Notes: generated by a model from the letters alone, not told the origin. A stretch of 64,000 nucleotides of DNA from an uncultured Solirubrobacterales bacterium (GCA_963826005.1 CAWGVJ010000005.1:76848-140847); one strand, 5' to 3'. Positions 29,539-43,074 are shown, numbered from the stretch's first letter. Numbers and translations: made by a program.

Positions 29539-32500
29539 CTACTCCGTCGATACCGACTCGGGTCGGTCTGCTCGCGCTCGGGCACCGACATCAGGAAGTG
29601 CGCCGGGGCGTTCGCGGCGAGCGCGCGCACCCGCTGGGCCTCCTCGTGCTGCTCGGAGCGCTCGAGCTCGTGCGCGTAGTGACCGAGCAGCTCCTTGACG
29701 TCGGACATGCCCTCGTCGTCCAGTTCCAAGAGCGCGACCTTCGCGCCCTTTCCGAGCCGGCGCTCGAGCGCCTCGCGGTCGAGGCCCCACTCGTCGTTGA
29801 TGCGCATGTAGACGCGTCCGCCGGTCTGGCCGGCGCAGGCCCACGGGCCGATGTCGCCGAGCACGACGGCGCGGCCGTTGGTCATGTACTCGAACGCGAA
29901 GCCCTTGATGTTGGCGCGGTCGGCGACGCCGCCGAGGTCGTCGCGGATCGGGCCGGCGGGCTCGCCGCGCGATCACGACGTCGGCACCCGACAACCGGAT
30001 GCAGAAGCGCGAGTCGGCCGAGCCCTGCACGAAGAACCGCCCACGCTGGGCGCCGTAGGCGAACGACTTGCCGACGGAGCCGTTGACGCGCTGGCCGAGC
30101 CGGTTGCGGCCCTTCATCACCGCGATCGTGCCGCCGAACATCGTCTTGCCGACGCCGTCCTGCGCGCCGCCCTCGACGCGGATGTCGACGCCCCACACGT
30201 TGAAGGCGCCGAGCCCGGAGCCCCCGATCGAGCCGCCGTTGAAGTGCAGGTCCGCGACGGAGTCCATCGTCGGACGGAGGCGCGTCGTCGGGCCGGTAGA
30301 TGCGCGCCCGCGACAGCGCGCCCGCAAGCTCGGTGCCGAGCACCCGGTCGTTGGCGTCCACCGCGCGCTCGTACTCGTGCGCAACGCGCCCAACCGTGCG
30401 TGCGTCCTGAGCCACACCCGCGGGTCCGCTTGCGGACACGCGGCCGGTTTCTCCGTCACCGATGCTCACGGGGCCACCGCCGCACACCTCCGTTGCGAGT
30501 GCCGCGATGTCGTGCGACGCCTGCTTGGGCGCCATGCGGATCGGCTGCGCGACGATCAGGCCCGCCGCCTCGCGCTGCTCCTCGGCCGACACCGGCATGT
30601 CGATCGGCTCGAGGTCGAGCATCTCCTCGAGCGGGCGGATCATCTCGTTGAGGTCGATCGCCTCCTTCGCGCGCGACTGCACCAGCAGGTCGCTGCGGCC
30701 GACGAGGTCCTGCGCGCGCTCGTAGCCGAGGTCGGCGACGATCTGGCGCACCTCCTCGCCCATCCCGGCGAAGAAGCGCGCGCTGTTCTCGGCGGCGAGC
30801 TCGAACTCCTGCGGGGTGAACTTCTTGAGGCCCTTCTCCTCGGCCTCCGCCATGTCCTCGATCTGCGTGGCGATGCCCACGTGGCAGGTGTCGAGCTGGC
30901 AGCCGCGGCAGATCGTGCAGCCGAGCGACACCATCGCGAGCGTGCCGAACGCGACGCGGTTCGCGCCGAGGCAGTGCAGCTTCACGATGTCCCAGCCGTG
31001 GCGGTACCCGCCGTCGGCCCAGATCTCGACGCGGTTGCGGATGCCGGTCTCGAGCAGCGCGAGGTGCACCGCGCGCGTGCCGATGTCGGACGGCAGGCCG
31101 ACGTGGCGCAGCGCGTGCTGGCGCGCGGCGCCGGTGCCGCCCTCGAAGCCCGACAGCGTGATGATGTCGGCGCCCGCCTTCGCGATGCCGACGCCGATCG
31201 TGCCGATGTTCGGCACCACCGGGACCTTCACCGACACGCGCACGTCGGGGTTCGCGGTCTTCAGCTCGTCGATCAGCTCGGCGAGGTCCTCGATGGAGTA
31301 GAGGTCGTGGTTGTTCGACGGTGAGATCAGGTCCGTGCCGGGCGACGCGTTACGCGCGGCGGCGACCTTCTCCGACACCTTCTTGGCGGGCAGGTGGCCG
31401 CCCTCGCCGGGCTTCGCGCCCTGGCCGATCTTGATCTCGACGAGGTACGACGAGTTGAGCATCTCCGACGTCACGCCGAAGCGGCCCGGAGGCGACCTGC
31501 TGCCCGCGCCACAGCGGGTACTTGCCGTACATGTCGCGGATCTCGCCGCCCTCGCCGTTGACGCACACGATGTTGATCCGCTTCGCCGCCTCCGGATAGG
31601 CGCGGAACGCGGTCTCGCCCTGCGAGCCGAACGACATCGAGGAGATCACGATCGGATACGAGTGCCGGCCGACGCCCGGGTCCACCAGCTCGGGGTCGAT
31701 CGGGCTCGCGGTCCGACTTCAGGTCGAGCACGTGGCGCATCGAGATCGGCTGCTCGCGCTCCAGCTCGCGCACCTTCGCGGAGTACTCCTCGAAGGTCGC
31801 GCCGCCGTTCGCGGCCGCGATCGCCGCCTTGTAGACCTTGGGATAGAAGCGGAACGTCTTGGCGGGCTTGCCGTCCTCCTGCCCGGCCAGGATCCGCTGC
31901 CGCACCGGCGGACTCGGCGTTCAGCTCGGCGAAGCCGGTGCCGGCCTGGGAAGAGCCGTAGTAGCCCGGCGTGCCGAAGATCTCGACCAGCTCTGGCCGC
32001 AGGCCGATCGCCGAGAACAGGCGTGAGTACCCGCGCAGCTCGTGGATGCCGAGCGTCGAGATCACCTTCTCCATTCCCTTGCGCAGGGCGGAGCAGATCT
32101 TCGAGATGTCGTCCTGGTAGTCGTCGACGCAGATGACCTCGACCATCACGTACGGGCACACGCCGTCCGCTCCCAGGCCGAGCGCCATGCACACGTCGTG
32201 CACGTTGCGGATCGCGCCCGAGCGCAGCACGATCGACGTGCGCCGGCGCAGGTTCTCCTCGCCCGGCTCGACGCGGTACTCGCGCAGGGCGCGGTCGACC
32301 GCGGCCAGCGCGAGGTGCGGGTCGATCCACGGCCGCTCGCCCTCGAAGGCGGTGCGGTCGGAGAGCACCAGCAGCTCGCAGCCGTCGAGCACCTTCTTGG
32401 CGGCCTCGAACTTGAGCCGCTCGAGCGCGCCCTCGGCGGTCTCGGCCTCCAGACAGGAGATGTCGATCACGCCCGCCGCGCCCGCGGAAGGACTCCCACA

Positions 32501-34323
32501 GGTCCTCGAGCAGGTAGGTCTTGTGGTCCTTCGCGACCTGCCGGTAGACCTCGTCCGACAGCGGCGCCATGTCGTGGTGGCCGCCGAGGATGATCGGGAA
32601 CGCGGTCTCGATCGTGCGCGGGTCGTCCTGCGGATGGTCGATGGAGGGCCGCGCGCCGAACACCGCGCGACACGAGAAGTGCTCGATCTCGCGCTCGCGG
32701 TCGATCGCCGGGTTCGTCACGACGGCGACCGTCTCCTTGAAGTAGTCGGCCAGGTTCTGGCGCTCCTCGGACAGGGACGCGAGCGGGCCGTCGTAGCCCA
32801 GCGAGCCGATCGGCTCGGCGCCGTTCGAGGCCATCTGCTGGACCAGCTTGGTGTCCTCGCGCTGCCAGCCCATCCCGGCCAGGATCCTGTCCTCGACCTT
32901 CACCGGCTCGGACGGGCCGGCGGAGTCGTAGCCGGGAATCTCCGGTCCCTCCAGCGGGCCCCCCGTCGGGATGGCCTGCTCGAAGCCGGCGACGGCGTCG
33001 GCGCCCGCGCGCTCGAGCCAGCGCTTGTGGACGAGCTTCTGCATCTCCTGGTGGTCGAACAAGCCGCGCGCCCTTGTCGCGCTTCACGCGCACCATCACC
33101 TTCTCGCCCGGTGACAGGGGCTTGGGCTCGCCGCTCATGTCGGCGAGCGGCACGACGCCGGGCTCGGAGCTGAACACGTAGGCGTCCTCGGCGTGGATCT
33201 CCCACAGCGGGCGCAGGCCGAGCGCGTCGACGGAGAAGACGTACTCGTCGCCGTTGCGGGCGATCAGCGCGATCGGCCCCTGCGCGAACGGCCCCATCGC
33301 CTGTCGCAGGTACATGTAGAAGCCGCGCAGCGCCTCGGGGAACTGGCGGATCTCGTGCACGATCGGCGGCACGGCCAGCTCCATCGCCTCGGGCAGCGAG
33401 AGCCCGCGGCGGTGGATCAGCGTCTCGATCAGGCGGTTCAGGTCCTGGGAGTCGGAGGAGTCGTCGCGGATCGGCACGCCGAGCATGCGCGACTCGGCGC
33501 GCAGGCGCGCGACCGTGTTGATCTCGCCGTTGTGGCCCAGCACGGAGAACGGCTGCACGCGCATGAACGACGGCCACGTGTTGGTCGAGTAGCGGTTGTG
33601 GCCGAGCAGCGAGACCGTCTCGCAGCGCGGGTCGGAGAGGTCCTCGAAGTAGCCCTGCAGGACCAGCGGCGCGCCCATCACCTTGTAGACGCAGCTCTCC
33701 GCCGAAAGCGAGGCGACGTGCGCGTCGAGGGTGCTCTCGATCTCGATCGCGACGTCGAACAGGATGCGGTCGCGGCCCTCCGCGTCCGGCACCAGGACGC
33801 CGATCTGCCAGAAGTGCGGCTCCTCCTCGCGCGCGGTCGGCCCGAGCGCGGCGCTCGTGACCCGGTCCTCGCGCTCGGCGAGCACCCGCAGCCCGTTGCG
33901 GTGCAGGATCTGGCGGGCGCGCTGCTTGACCTGCTCGAAGTCGGCCGCGCGCGACACGAACACGTGCGCGACGGCGAACGCGGGGTCGAGCGCCAGCCGG
34001 GGGGCGTGCCCACCGGAGCGGACCTCCTCCTGCCAGATCACGCGGGGGATGTCGATCATCGCCCCGCACCCGTCGCCCTCGCCGTCGACGTTGCCGGCGC
34101 GGTGCAGCATCTTCTGCAGGGCGACGAAGCCCTTCTCGATCACGTCGTGCGTGGCGCGGCCGTCCTTGCGGACGGAGGCATAGAGGGCGCAGGCGTCCTT
34201 GTCCTCGACCGTCTGGGGGCGCCTCAGCGGCCGGTACGCCTGTGTCGACGAGTAGCGATCGCCGCGTTGCTCAACCTTGGCGGCTGCGGCCTGCTCGGAC
34301 AGCTTCGAAGAATGAGCGCTCAT
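29539..34323 (-). CDS. gltB: Glutamate synthase large subunit, divergent type (multiple frameshifts)
   Basis: DAC N-terminal nucleophile, [61 protein letters not shown] domain. Confidence 0.9.
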
Positions 34324-34521
34324 CTATCCTCCCGGGTTCCGCGCCTTCTCCGAGCGGGCGCGCGACGGGTTCGTGGGACGCGGAATTATAGTCCGCAAGC
34401 CAGTCGTGGAACGGCTCGCCGAAGCGGCGAGATGAGGGAAGGCGTTCTTTTCGCTATTTGCGGGAAAATCTCCGGCAAGCTCCGGTTGCCACCATGCGAT
34501 CCAGCCTCGATCACAGGCAGG

Positions 34522-35382
34522 ATGACGACGGTCGTGAGCCCGACCATCCTCCCCTCCCCCTGTCCCGTCGTGACCGTGCTCTCCCAGAAGGGCGGGACCG
34601 GCAAGACCACGATGGTCAGGACGCTCGCCGACGTGCTCCGCAGGGTGGGGCTGGACGTGCTCGCGGTCGACCTCGACCCGCAGGGCAATCTCTCCGACTA
34701 CTTCGACGTCGACCCCGACGCCTCGCCCACGATCGGCGAGGTGCTCGCCGGCCGCGCCCGAGCCGTCGACGCGATCCACAAGAACATGATCCCGGCCAAC
34801 CTCGGCCTCGCGGAGGCGGAGCTGGTGCTGAGCGGGAAGATGGGCCGCGAGCTGACCCTGAAGCGGGCGCTGCGCGAGTCCCGCCGCCAGCACGACCTGG
34901 TCCTGATCGACTGCCCGCCGGCACTCGGGCTGCTGACCGTGAACGCGCTCGTGGCCGCCAGCCACGCGCTCGTCAGCGCGGAGGGCGAGTACTTCTCGCT
35001 GCAGGGCGTCGAGCAGGTGCTCGAGGTGATGGAGCTGGCGCGCGACAACCTCAACCAGGATCTGCAATGGCTCGGCGTCGTGCTGAACATGGCCGACATG
35101 CGGATGGTGCACACGCGCGAGACGCTCGCGCACATGCGCGAGAGCTTCGGCGACAAGGTGTTCACCACGGTGATCCGTCGCTCCGTGCGTTATCCGGAGT
35201 CCGCGGAGCGCGGCGTGTCGATCCTCGACTACCGGCCCGAGCTCGGCGGGGACTACATCCGCCTCGCGGACGAGCTGCTCGCACGGCTCGACGACGAGGA
35301 GTCGCGCGAGCGCCTGCGCGCGCTGCGCGAGGAGATGGTGACCGCCGGACCCGTTTCGGCGCGTACCTCCGACGCCGCGTAG
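34522..35382 (+). CDS. ParA/Soj family ATPase
   Basis: QKGGTGKTT, DLDPQGN, IDCPP. Confidence 0.9.
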   Translation: MTTVVSPTILPSPCPVVTVLSQKGGTGKTTMVRTLADVLRRVGLDVLAVDLDPQGNLSDYFDVDPDASPTIGEVLAGRARAVDAIHKNMIPANLGLAEAELVLSGKMGRELTLKRALRESRRQHDLVLIDCPPALGLLTVNALVAASHALVSAEGEYFSLQGVEQVLEVMELARDNLNQDLQWLGVVLNMADMRMVHTRETLAHMRESFGDKVFTTVIRRSVRYPESAERGVSILDYRPELGGDYIRLADELLARLDDEESRERLRALREEMVTAGPVSARTSDAA

Positions 35383-35424
35383 CTCGCGATGGCAGAGCGC
35401 TACGACGCCGACGCGAAGTAGCGG

Positions 35425-36289
35425 CTACAGCTCGGCCACGTCCGCGCCCAGCGCGACGAAGTTGAGCCGCCGGATCTCGGCCCAGCCGTCGACCTCCTCG
35501 CGCAGGCGCTCGACCAGCGCTCCGGTCTGCTCGAAGAAGACCCAGAACAGCACCGTCGGCCCGGCGCCCGAGATCGTGGCGCCGAGCGCGCCGAGGTCGC
35601 GCGCGCGCTCGACCAGGTCCATCGAGCGGGATAGAGGTGCGCGCCGGTGCGGCTGGTGCAGGCGGTCGTCCAGGCCGCGCGCGATCTGCGCGAGGTCGCC
35701 GCGGGCGAGGCCGAGCGCCAGCGTCGCGGCGTGCGCGACGTTGAAGGTGGCGTCCGCGAGCGGCACCTCCGCCGGCAGCGCCGCGCGCGCCGCCGTCGGT
35801 CGGCACCGGCTCGTCCGGGCACGACCGCCACCGCCTCCAGTCCCGACGGCGGCTCGATCACGGTCACGTCCCCGTTCGCGCAGATCACGAAGCCGCCGTA
35901 GAGCGAGGCGGCCACGTTGTCGGGATGCCCCTCGACGCGCGCCGCATGCTGCGATCAGCTGCTCGCGCTCCAGCGCGAGCTCGTACATGTGGTCCGCCGC
36001 GACCAGTCCGGCGACGATCGCCGCGCCGCTCGACCCGAGCCCCGCCTCCAGGGGGATCTCGGAGCGGATCTCGAAGCGTGAGCCCGTCGGCCGGGTGCAG
36101 CTGCGAGAACGCGCGCACGCACAGGTTCGTCTCGTCCGCGGGCAGCCGCTCGTCGCCCGTCGACCGAGAAGCTGCCCGTCTCCTCCACCTCCAGCTCGAG
36201 ATGGAGCGAGAGCGCCGCCGCCATCGCGTCGAAGCCCGGGCCGAGGTTCGCCGACGAGGCGGGCACGCGTACCCGGCGGCGACGTCCCA

Positions 36290-36290
<1 letters not shown>
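35425..36290 (-). CDS. thrB: Homoserine kinase (frameshifted)
   Basis: VPASSANLGPGFD, GLGSS, EGHPDNVAA, DRLHQP, ISGAGPT. Confidence 0.9.
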
Positions 36291-37323
<1,033 letters not shown>

Positions 37324-37327
<4 letters not shown>

Positions 37328-38565
37328 GAGACGAACTCCTCCTCGATCACCCGGATCGAGCGCGGCCGCGAGCGCAGGAAGTCGAGCTTGCGAGATCGCG
37401 TCGAGCGCGCTGCGGAAGCGGCCCTCCGCGCACCCGGTGCATCACCATCACGAGCCGCGCGTTCTCGCCGATGCCCTTCTGCACGACGCTCTTCACGCTC
37501 ACCTCGTGATCGCCGAGCACCTGCGGCGACCTGCGCGAGCACGCCGGGCCGGTCCTCGACCTCGAGGTACAGGTAGAACGCCGACTCCACCTCCTCCTCC
37601 GGCAGGAACCGCGGCTGCTCGATCGGGTCCAGCTCCATGCCGGCCGAGCTCATCACCGACACCACGTCGCCGAGCACGGCGGAGGCGGTCTGCGGGCCGC
37701 CGGCGCCGGGGCCGGAGAGCGTCACCTCGGTGATCGCCTCCGACTCGAGCGTGACGGCGTTGAACGGGCCGACGACGGAGGCGAGCGGGTGGCCGCCGTA
37801 CAGGAAGGCGGGAAAGACGCGCACGCTGACGCCCCCGTCGCGGCGCTCGGCGACACCGAGGAGCTTCAGCACCAGGCCGAACTCCTTCGCGTAGTCGATG
37901 TCGTCGGAGGTGATCTCCTCGATGCCCTCGTAGGGCACGTTGTCGAGCGTCACCTCGGCGTGGAACGCGAGCCGCGCGAGGATCGCCATCTTGGCGGCCG
38001 CGTCCTTGCCGTTCACGTCCTCGGTGGGATCGGCCTCGGCGTACCCGAGCTCCTGCGCGCGCTTCAGCACGTCCTCGTAGGAGGCGCCCGTGCGCGCCAT
38101 CTCGCTGAGGATGTAGTTCGTCGTTCCGTTCACGATGCCGTGCACCTTCTCGATGTGCGCGCCCGCGAACGACTCGCGCATCACGCGGATCACCGGGCAC
38201 GACGCCCGCCACCGCGGCCTCGTAGCGCAGCTGCGCCGCGCCGGCGCGCGCGGCCTCGAACAGCTCGTCACCGTGCTGCGACAGCAGCTGCTTGTTGGCG
38301 GTCACCAGCGGCTTGCCCGCCTGCAGCGTGCGCAGCACGTACTCGCGCGCCGGCTCGATGCCGCCGATCAGCTCGACGATCGCGTCCGCTGACTCGAGGA
38401 TCTCGTCGAACGAGCCGCGCGAGCGCGTCAGCACGCCGACGATCTCGGGGCGGCGGCCCGTCGCCGCGGCGATCGCGTCGGCGCGCGTCGGCGAGCAGCT
38501 CGTCGAACGCCGACGCCGACCGTGCCGTGACCGAGCAGGCCGACGCGGAAAGGCGCGGCCGTCAG
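37324..38565 (-). CDS. hom: Homoserine dehydrogenase (frameshifted, start approximate)
   Basis: [42 protein letters not shown] domain. Confidence 0.9.
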
Positions 38566-39826
38566 ACGTCGCGCGCCGCCAGGTCCTCGTAGGTCTCGCG
38601 GCGCACGACGACGCGCGCGTCGCCGTCCCGGCAGAAGATCACCGGCGGCCGCGGCACGCCGTTGTAGTTGTTGGCCATCGCGTGCCCGTACGCGCCGGTC
38701 GCCGGCGTCACGAGCACGTCGCCCGACCTGCGGGTCCGGCAGCGCGACCTCCTTGATCAGGATGTCGCCCGACTCGCAGTGCATGCCCGCGATCGTGGCG
38801 AGCTGCGTGCCCATCGCGTCCGGCCGGTCGGCGATCGCGGCCTCGTAGCGGGCGCCGTAGAGCATCGGCCGCAGGTTGTCGGACATGCCGCCGTCCACCG
38901 CGACGTAGGTGCGCACGCCCGGGATCTCCTTGATCGTGCCGATCCGGTACGCGGTGATGCCCGCGTTGCCCACCAGCGAGCGGCCGGGCTCGACAAGCAC
39001 GCGCGGCACGGGGTCGAAGGCCGAGCACGCCCCTCACCTTGACGTCCACGTAGTCCTCGATCGGCGGCGGGCTCGTCCTCGGCGGTGTAGGCGATGCCGA
39101 GGCCGCCGCCCAGGTTGAGGAGCGGCAGTCGAAGTCGATGAAGTCGGCCAGGACTCGATCGGCGCGGTACGGCTCCAGCTCGAGGATCTGGAGCCGATGT
39201 GCGCGTGGAGCCGACGAGCTCGAGCCGCTGCGATGCGCGCACCCGCCGCACGGCCTCCGTCGCGCGCCCGTCCGCCAGCCCGAAGCCGAACTTGGAGTCC
39301 ACCTGGCCGGTCTGGACGTAGGCGTGGGTGCGGGCTTGATGCCGGGCGTGACCCGGATCAGCACCTCCTGCGGAGCGGCTCAGAAGCGTGAGCGCTCGAT
39401 CTCGTCGAACGAGTCGAGCACGATGTGGCCGACGCCCGCGTCGAACGCCATCTTCAGCTCCTCCTCGGTCTTGTTGTTGCCGTGCATGAAGAGCCGCTCC
39501 GGGTCGAAGCCGGCGTCCAGCGCGAGATGGAGCTCGCCGCCCGAGGCCACGTCGCACGACAGCCCCTCCTCCCCCATCACGCGGAAGGCCGCGGTGCAGG
39601 GCAGGGCCTTGCACGCGTAGATCACCTCGAAGTCGTCGCGTGCGGGCGGCAATCGCCTCCGTGTAGGCCCGAGCCCGCGCGCGGATGTCGTCCTCGGCGT
39701 AGACGTACGCGGGCGTGCCGAATCGCGCGCCAGGTCGAAGACGTCGCAGCCCCCCACCTCGAGGTGTCCGCGCTCGTTCAGGCGCGATCCGAGCGGGTAC
39801 GCGTGGCTGAGAGCGGTAGCCGCCAT
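38562..39826 (-). CDS. lysA: Diaminopimelate decarboxylase (heavily frameshifted)
   Basis: YACKA, DVASGGE, HGNNK, DSKFGF, EPGRS, VDGGMSDN, HCESGD. Confidence 0.9.
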
Positions 39827-39839
39827 ACTGCCGCGCATT

Positions 39840-40589
39840 ATGACCGCCCACCTGAACATCCAGCCTCCGCACGAGACCGGCACCTACGCCGGCATCGCGT
39901 GGTGCCTGTGGCGCCCGGTCGGAGCGGGGCCGTGGCCCGCCGTGATGATCATGCACGGCGCCGGGTCGCGGAAGGAGAACCATGCGGACTTCGCGCGCCT
40001 GGCCGCGGACAACGGCTTCGTCGCGCTCACGTTCGACAACCGCGGCCACGGCGAAACCGACGGCGACCTCGATCCGACGGTCGTGGACGACCTGCGCCTG
40101 CTGCGCCGAATGGCTCGCGGCCCGGCCCGAGGTGGACGAGCGCCGGGTGGCGGCGCGCGGTTCGAGCATGGGCGGGCTGATGGCGATCCACGCGGGCGCC
40201 GCGAGCGACGCGCGTCGCGGCCGTGGTGGCGATCTGCCCCGCCGCCGAATGGATGCTGGCCGACGACGTGCGGCGGATCGCCGCGGGGCAACCGCCCCCT
40301 GCGGGCAGCGCGTTCGCCGAGATGCGGATCGACGCGCCCGCCCTCGCGGGCTGGCTCGAGACGAGCGACGTCGGCGAGGCGGTGCAGCGCGATGGGCTCC
40401 AAGCCGATCCTGATCGTCCATGCGCGCGGCGACGAGGTCGTCCCGTACACGCATTCGGAGAAGCTCTTCGAGCTGGCTGAGGAGCCGAAGAAGCTGCTGC
40501 TGCTGGAGGGCGGCGACCACCGCTCCGCGCAACACGACGCGGAGCTGCAGGGCGAGTCGCTGCGGTGGCTCACGCGCGCGATGGCTTGA
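39840..40589 (+). CDS. Alpha/beta hydrolase (frameshifted)
   Basis: HGAGS, DNRGHG, GSSMGG, GDEVVP, GGDH. Confidence 0.85.
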   Translation: MTAHLNIQPPHETGTYAGIAWCLWRPVGAGPWPAVMIMHGAGSRKENHADFARLAADNGFVALTFDNRGHGETDGDLDPTVVDDLRLLRRMARGPARGGRAPGGGARFEHGRADGDPRGRRERRASRPWWRSAPPPNGCWPTTCGGSPRGNRPLRAARSPRCGSTRPPSRAGSRRATSARRCSAMGSKPILIVHARGDEVVPYTHSEKLFELAEEPKKLLLLEGGDHRSAQHDAELQGESLRWLTRAMA

Positions 40590-40619
40590 CAGATACTGGG
40601 CCGGCGCTAAGGTCGGCCC

Positions 40620-42190
40620 ATGCGACGGAGGGTGTTGGGGTTCGCGGTCGCAGCGATGGTCGCGCTTGCGCCACCGGCAGCGCAGGCTGCCTTCCGGGCG
40701 CGAACGGCAGGATCGCGCTCCAGCGGGTGGTGGGCGGCGAGAGCCACATCTACACCATGAACCCGGACGGCAGCGGCATGCAGATGTTGACGACCGGGCT
40801 AAACGACTCAGGCGCCGCTTGGTCGCCTGACGGAAAGAAGATCGCGTTCGTGCGCGAGAACAGCGCGCCGAACTTCGACATCTATGTGGTCAACGCAGAC
40901 GGCACCGGGCTTACGCAACTGACCACATTGCCCGGGTACGAGGCCGCTCCGGCGTGGTCACCGGACGGGACGAAACTCGCGTTCTCGTCGAACCGGGACG
41001 GCCCGGACGCGGACATCTTCACGATGAACAGCAACGGCACCAGCATCGTGAACCTCACCGACGCTTGGCCGGACCACGACGTTTCGCCGGCGTGGTCGCC
41101 GGACGGATCGACGATCACCTTCATCCGTTACAACCCCGCCGATCCGATATTCAGCGACGACTCCTGGTCGATTTACCAGGTCGCTCCGGACGGCACGGGC
41201 GCCGCGCAGCTCGACCCCTACCCGTGGGGCGACTGTGGCGAGTTGCTGGAACACCACAACCCCAACTGGGCACCCGACGCGAGTGCGCTCGTCTTCTACG
41301 AGCTCTACCTTGCGGACGAGAACGACTCCTGCTACCGCATAGCGCGATTCGACCTTCCCGACGCGAGCTACCACGCGCTCGCCTCGACGGGCCCAGTGCA
41401 AGCTCTGCCCCCATTTGGGACACCCACCTGGTCTCCGGATGGAACGCGAATCGCCTTCACTCGAAGCGGCGGTCTGCGGTTCATCGATCCGGACGGCAGC
41501 AGCCCGGTCGATGTCGCCGTGTCGAGCGGAGCGTTCGAGTTGGAGCCCGATTGGCAGCCCCTGCCGGCGGCGGGCTACCCGCGCCCGAAGGGCGCGACGC
41601 CGATCCACATGGCGCTGGTGCCGGCGTACGTGCAGTGCACGGCGCCTGATCGCACGCATGGCCCGCCGCTCGCGTTCGGATCGTGCAGCTCGCCGACTCG
41701 CAGCTCCACCTATCTCACCGTCGGCACGCCGGACGCCAATGGCAAAGTTGCGAACTCGAGCGGCTATGCGCGTGTCGACGCGGTGCTCGGCAATCCGGCG
41801 ACGGCGGCGGACGAAGCGGATGTCGCGCTGCAGGTCCATGTCACGGACGTGCGACTGGCGTCGGACCTGTCCGACTACACGGGCTCGCTGCAGGCGGTGC
41901 CGACCTTGCGCATCACCGACAAGCTCAACACCCCACATCCCGGTGGCCCGGGACCGGGGACGGTCACCGACTTCGATCTCCCGTTCCCGGTGCCGTGCGC
42001 CGCGACCGGCGACGCGGCGGTCGGCGCGACCTGCGCGGTCACCACGAGCGTGGACGCCGTGTCACCAGGAGCTGTGCCCGAGAAGCGTCGCTCGATCTGG
42101 GCGCTCGGGCGGTTCGAGGTCGGCGACGGCGGGCCGCAGGCCTCACCGGCTGACCGTCCGTTCCTGGTGCCCGGCCTGTTCGTCCCCTGA
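40620..42190 (+). CDS. Secreted TolB-like (PD40 repeat) protein with C-terminal YPRPKGATP domain (frameshift about 40695)
   Basis: Signal peptide; repeated PAWSPDG; C-terminal domain ending FLVPGLFVP. Confidence 0.85.
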
Positions 42191-42312
42191 GCACCCGCCC
42201 CGGATCGGCGGGTTGGTGCTATCTAGAGGCCAGGGAGGACGGACCCCGGAAGTGGCGGCGGCGATCATCGGGAAGCACATCCGCGTCGTCGTCGCCTGCG
42301 CGGCGGCGGTGA

Positions 42313-43074
42313 TCACGCCGGCTGCGCCGCCAGGCCTCCCGGTTGGCGGCTGACGACCGCGATCCAGACGGTTCCCACCAGCATCAGCACGAGGCTCTCC
42401 ACCTGCGGCGTCGTCAGTCCGGCGACGCTGTCCGCGTTGCGGCGCACGAACTCCACCAGGAAGCGCTCCAGCCCGGACAGCACCAGATAGATGGCGAACA
42501 GCACGCCCGGCCTGAACCGGTCGCGCCATTGCCACAGCAGCCATGCGACCAGACCCATGGCGAGCGTCTCGTACACGGGCGTGGGATGCACCTGCTCGTC
42601 GGTGGGCACGGTGCCGTCGGGATAGGACATCGCCCACGGCAGGTCGGATGCCCGGCCGTAGTCGCCGTCGCCCGAGAGCTGACAGCCGACGCGGCCGATC
42701 GCATATCCGAGCGCGAGCGGCGTCGCCGCCACGTCGAGCAGCACCAGCGACAGGAAGCCGCGCCACCATGCCCAGGCGAACACGGCGAGCGCGCCGCCGA
42801 TCGCCCCTCCGTACCAGACCAGCCCCGAGCCCGAGAAGATGTTGCCGAGCAGGTCGTCGTGCACATCGGACCAATGCTGGGCCAGGTAGTACACGCGTGC
42901 TCCGACAAGACCGCCGAGCAGCGCCGAGAATGTCATCTCGTACGCCCAGTCCGCGGGCTTGCCGAGCTCCTCGAAGCGGCGCATGATCACCGCGCCCGCG
43001 GCCAGGAAGCCGAGCGCGAACATCAGACCGAACGTCTTCAGCTCGAGCGGGCCTAGCTGGATCTCGGGCTGCAC
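42313..43074 (-). CDS. lgt: Prolipoprotein diacylglyceryl transferase
   Basis: GARVYY, GLVWYGG, IGRVGC, HPTPVYE, RFLVEFVR. Confidence 0.9.
   Translation of the reverse strand: MQPEIQLGPLELKTFGLMFALGFLAAGAVIMRRFEELGKPADWAYEMTFSALLGGLVGARVYYLAQHWSDVHDDLLGNIFSGSGLVWYGGAIGGALAVFAWAWWRGFLSLVLLDVAATPLALGYAIGRVGCQLSGDGDYGRASDLPWAMSYPDGTVPTDEQVHPTPVYETLAMGLVAWLLWQWRDRFRPGVLFAIYLVLSGLERFLVEFVRRNADSVAGLTTPQVESLVLMLVGTVWIAVVSRQPGGLAAQPA

Noticed and set aside
34324-34385. Possible glutamine riboswitch in the gltB leader
   Set aside because: Only a GAAGG-like fragment is present; the other glnA-motif blocks are absent. A TATAAT box at 34385-34390 (minus) is the only clear element.
33193-34521. Long N-terminal extension on ParA and many other long antisense ORFs in the track
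   Set aside because: Shadow ORFs caused by high GC and stop-codon scarcity opposite real genes.
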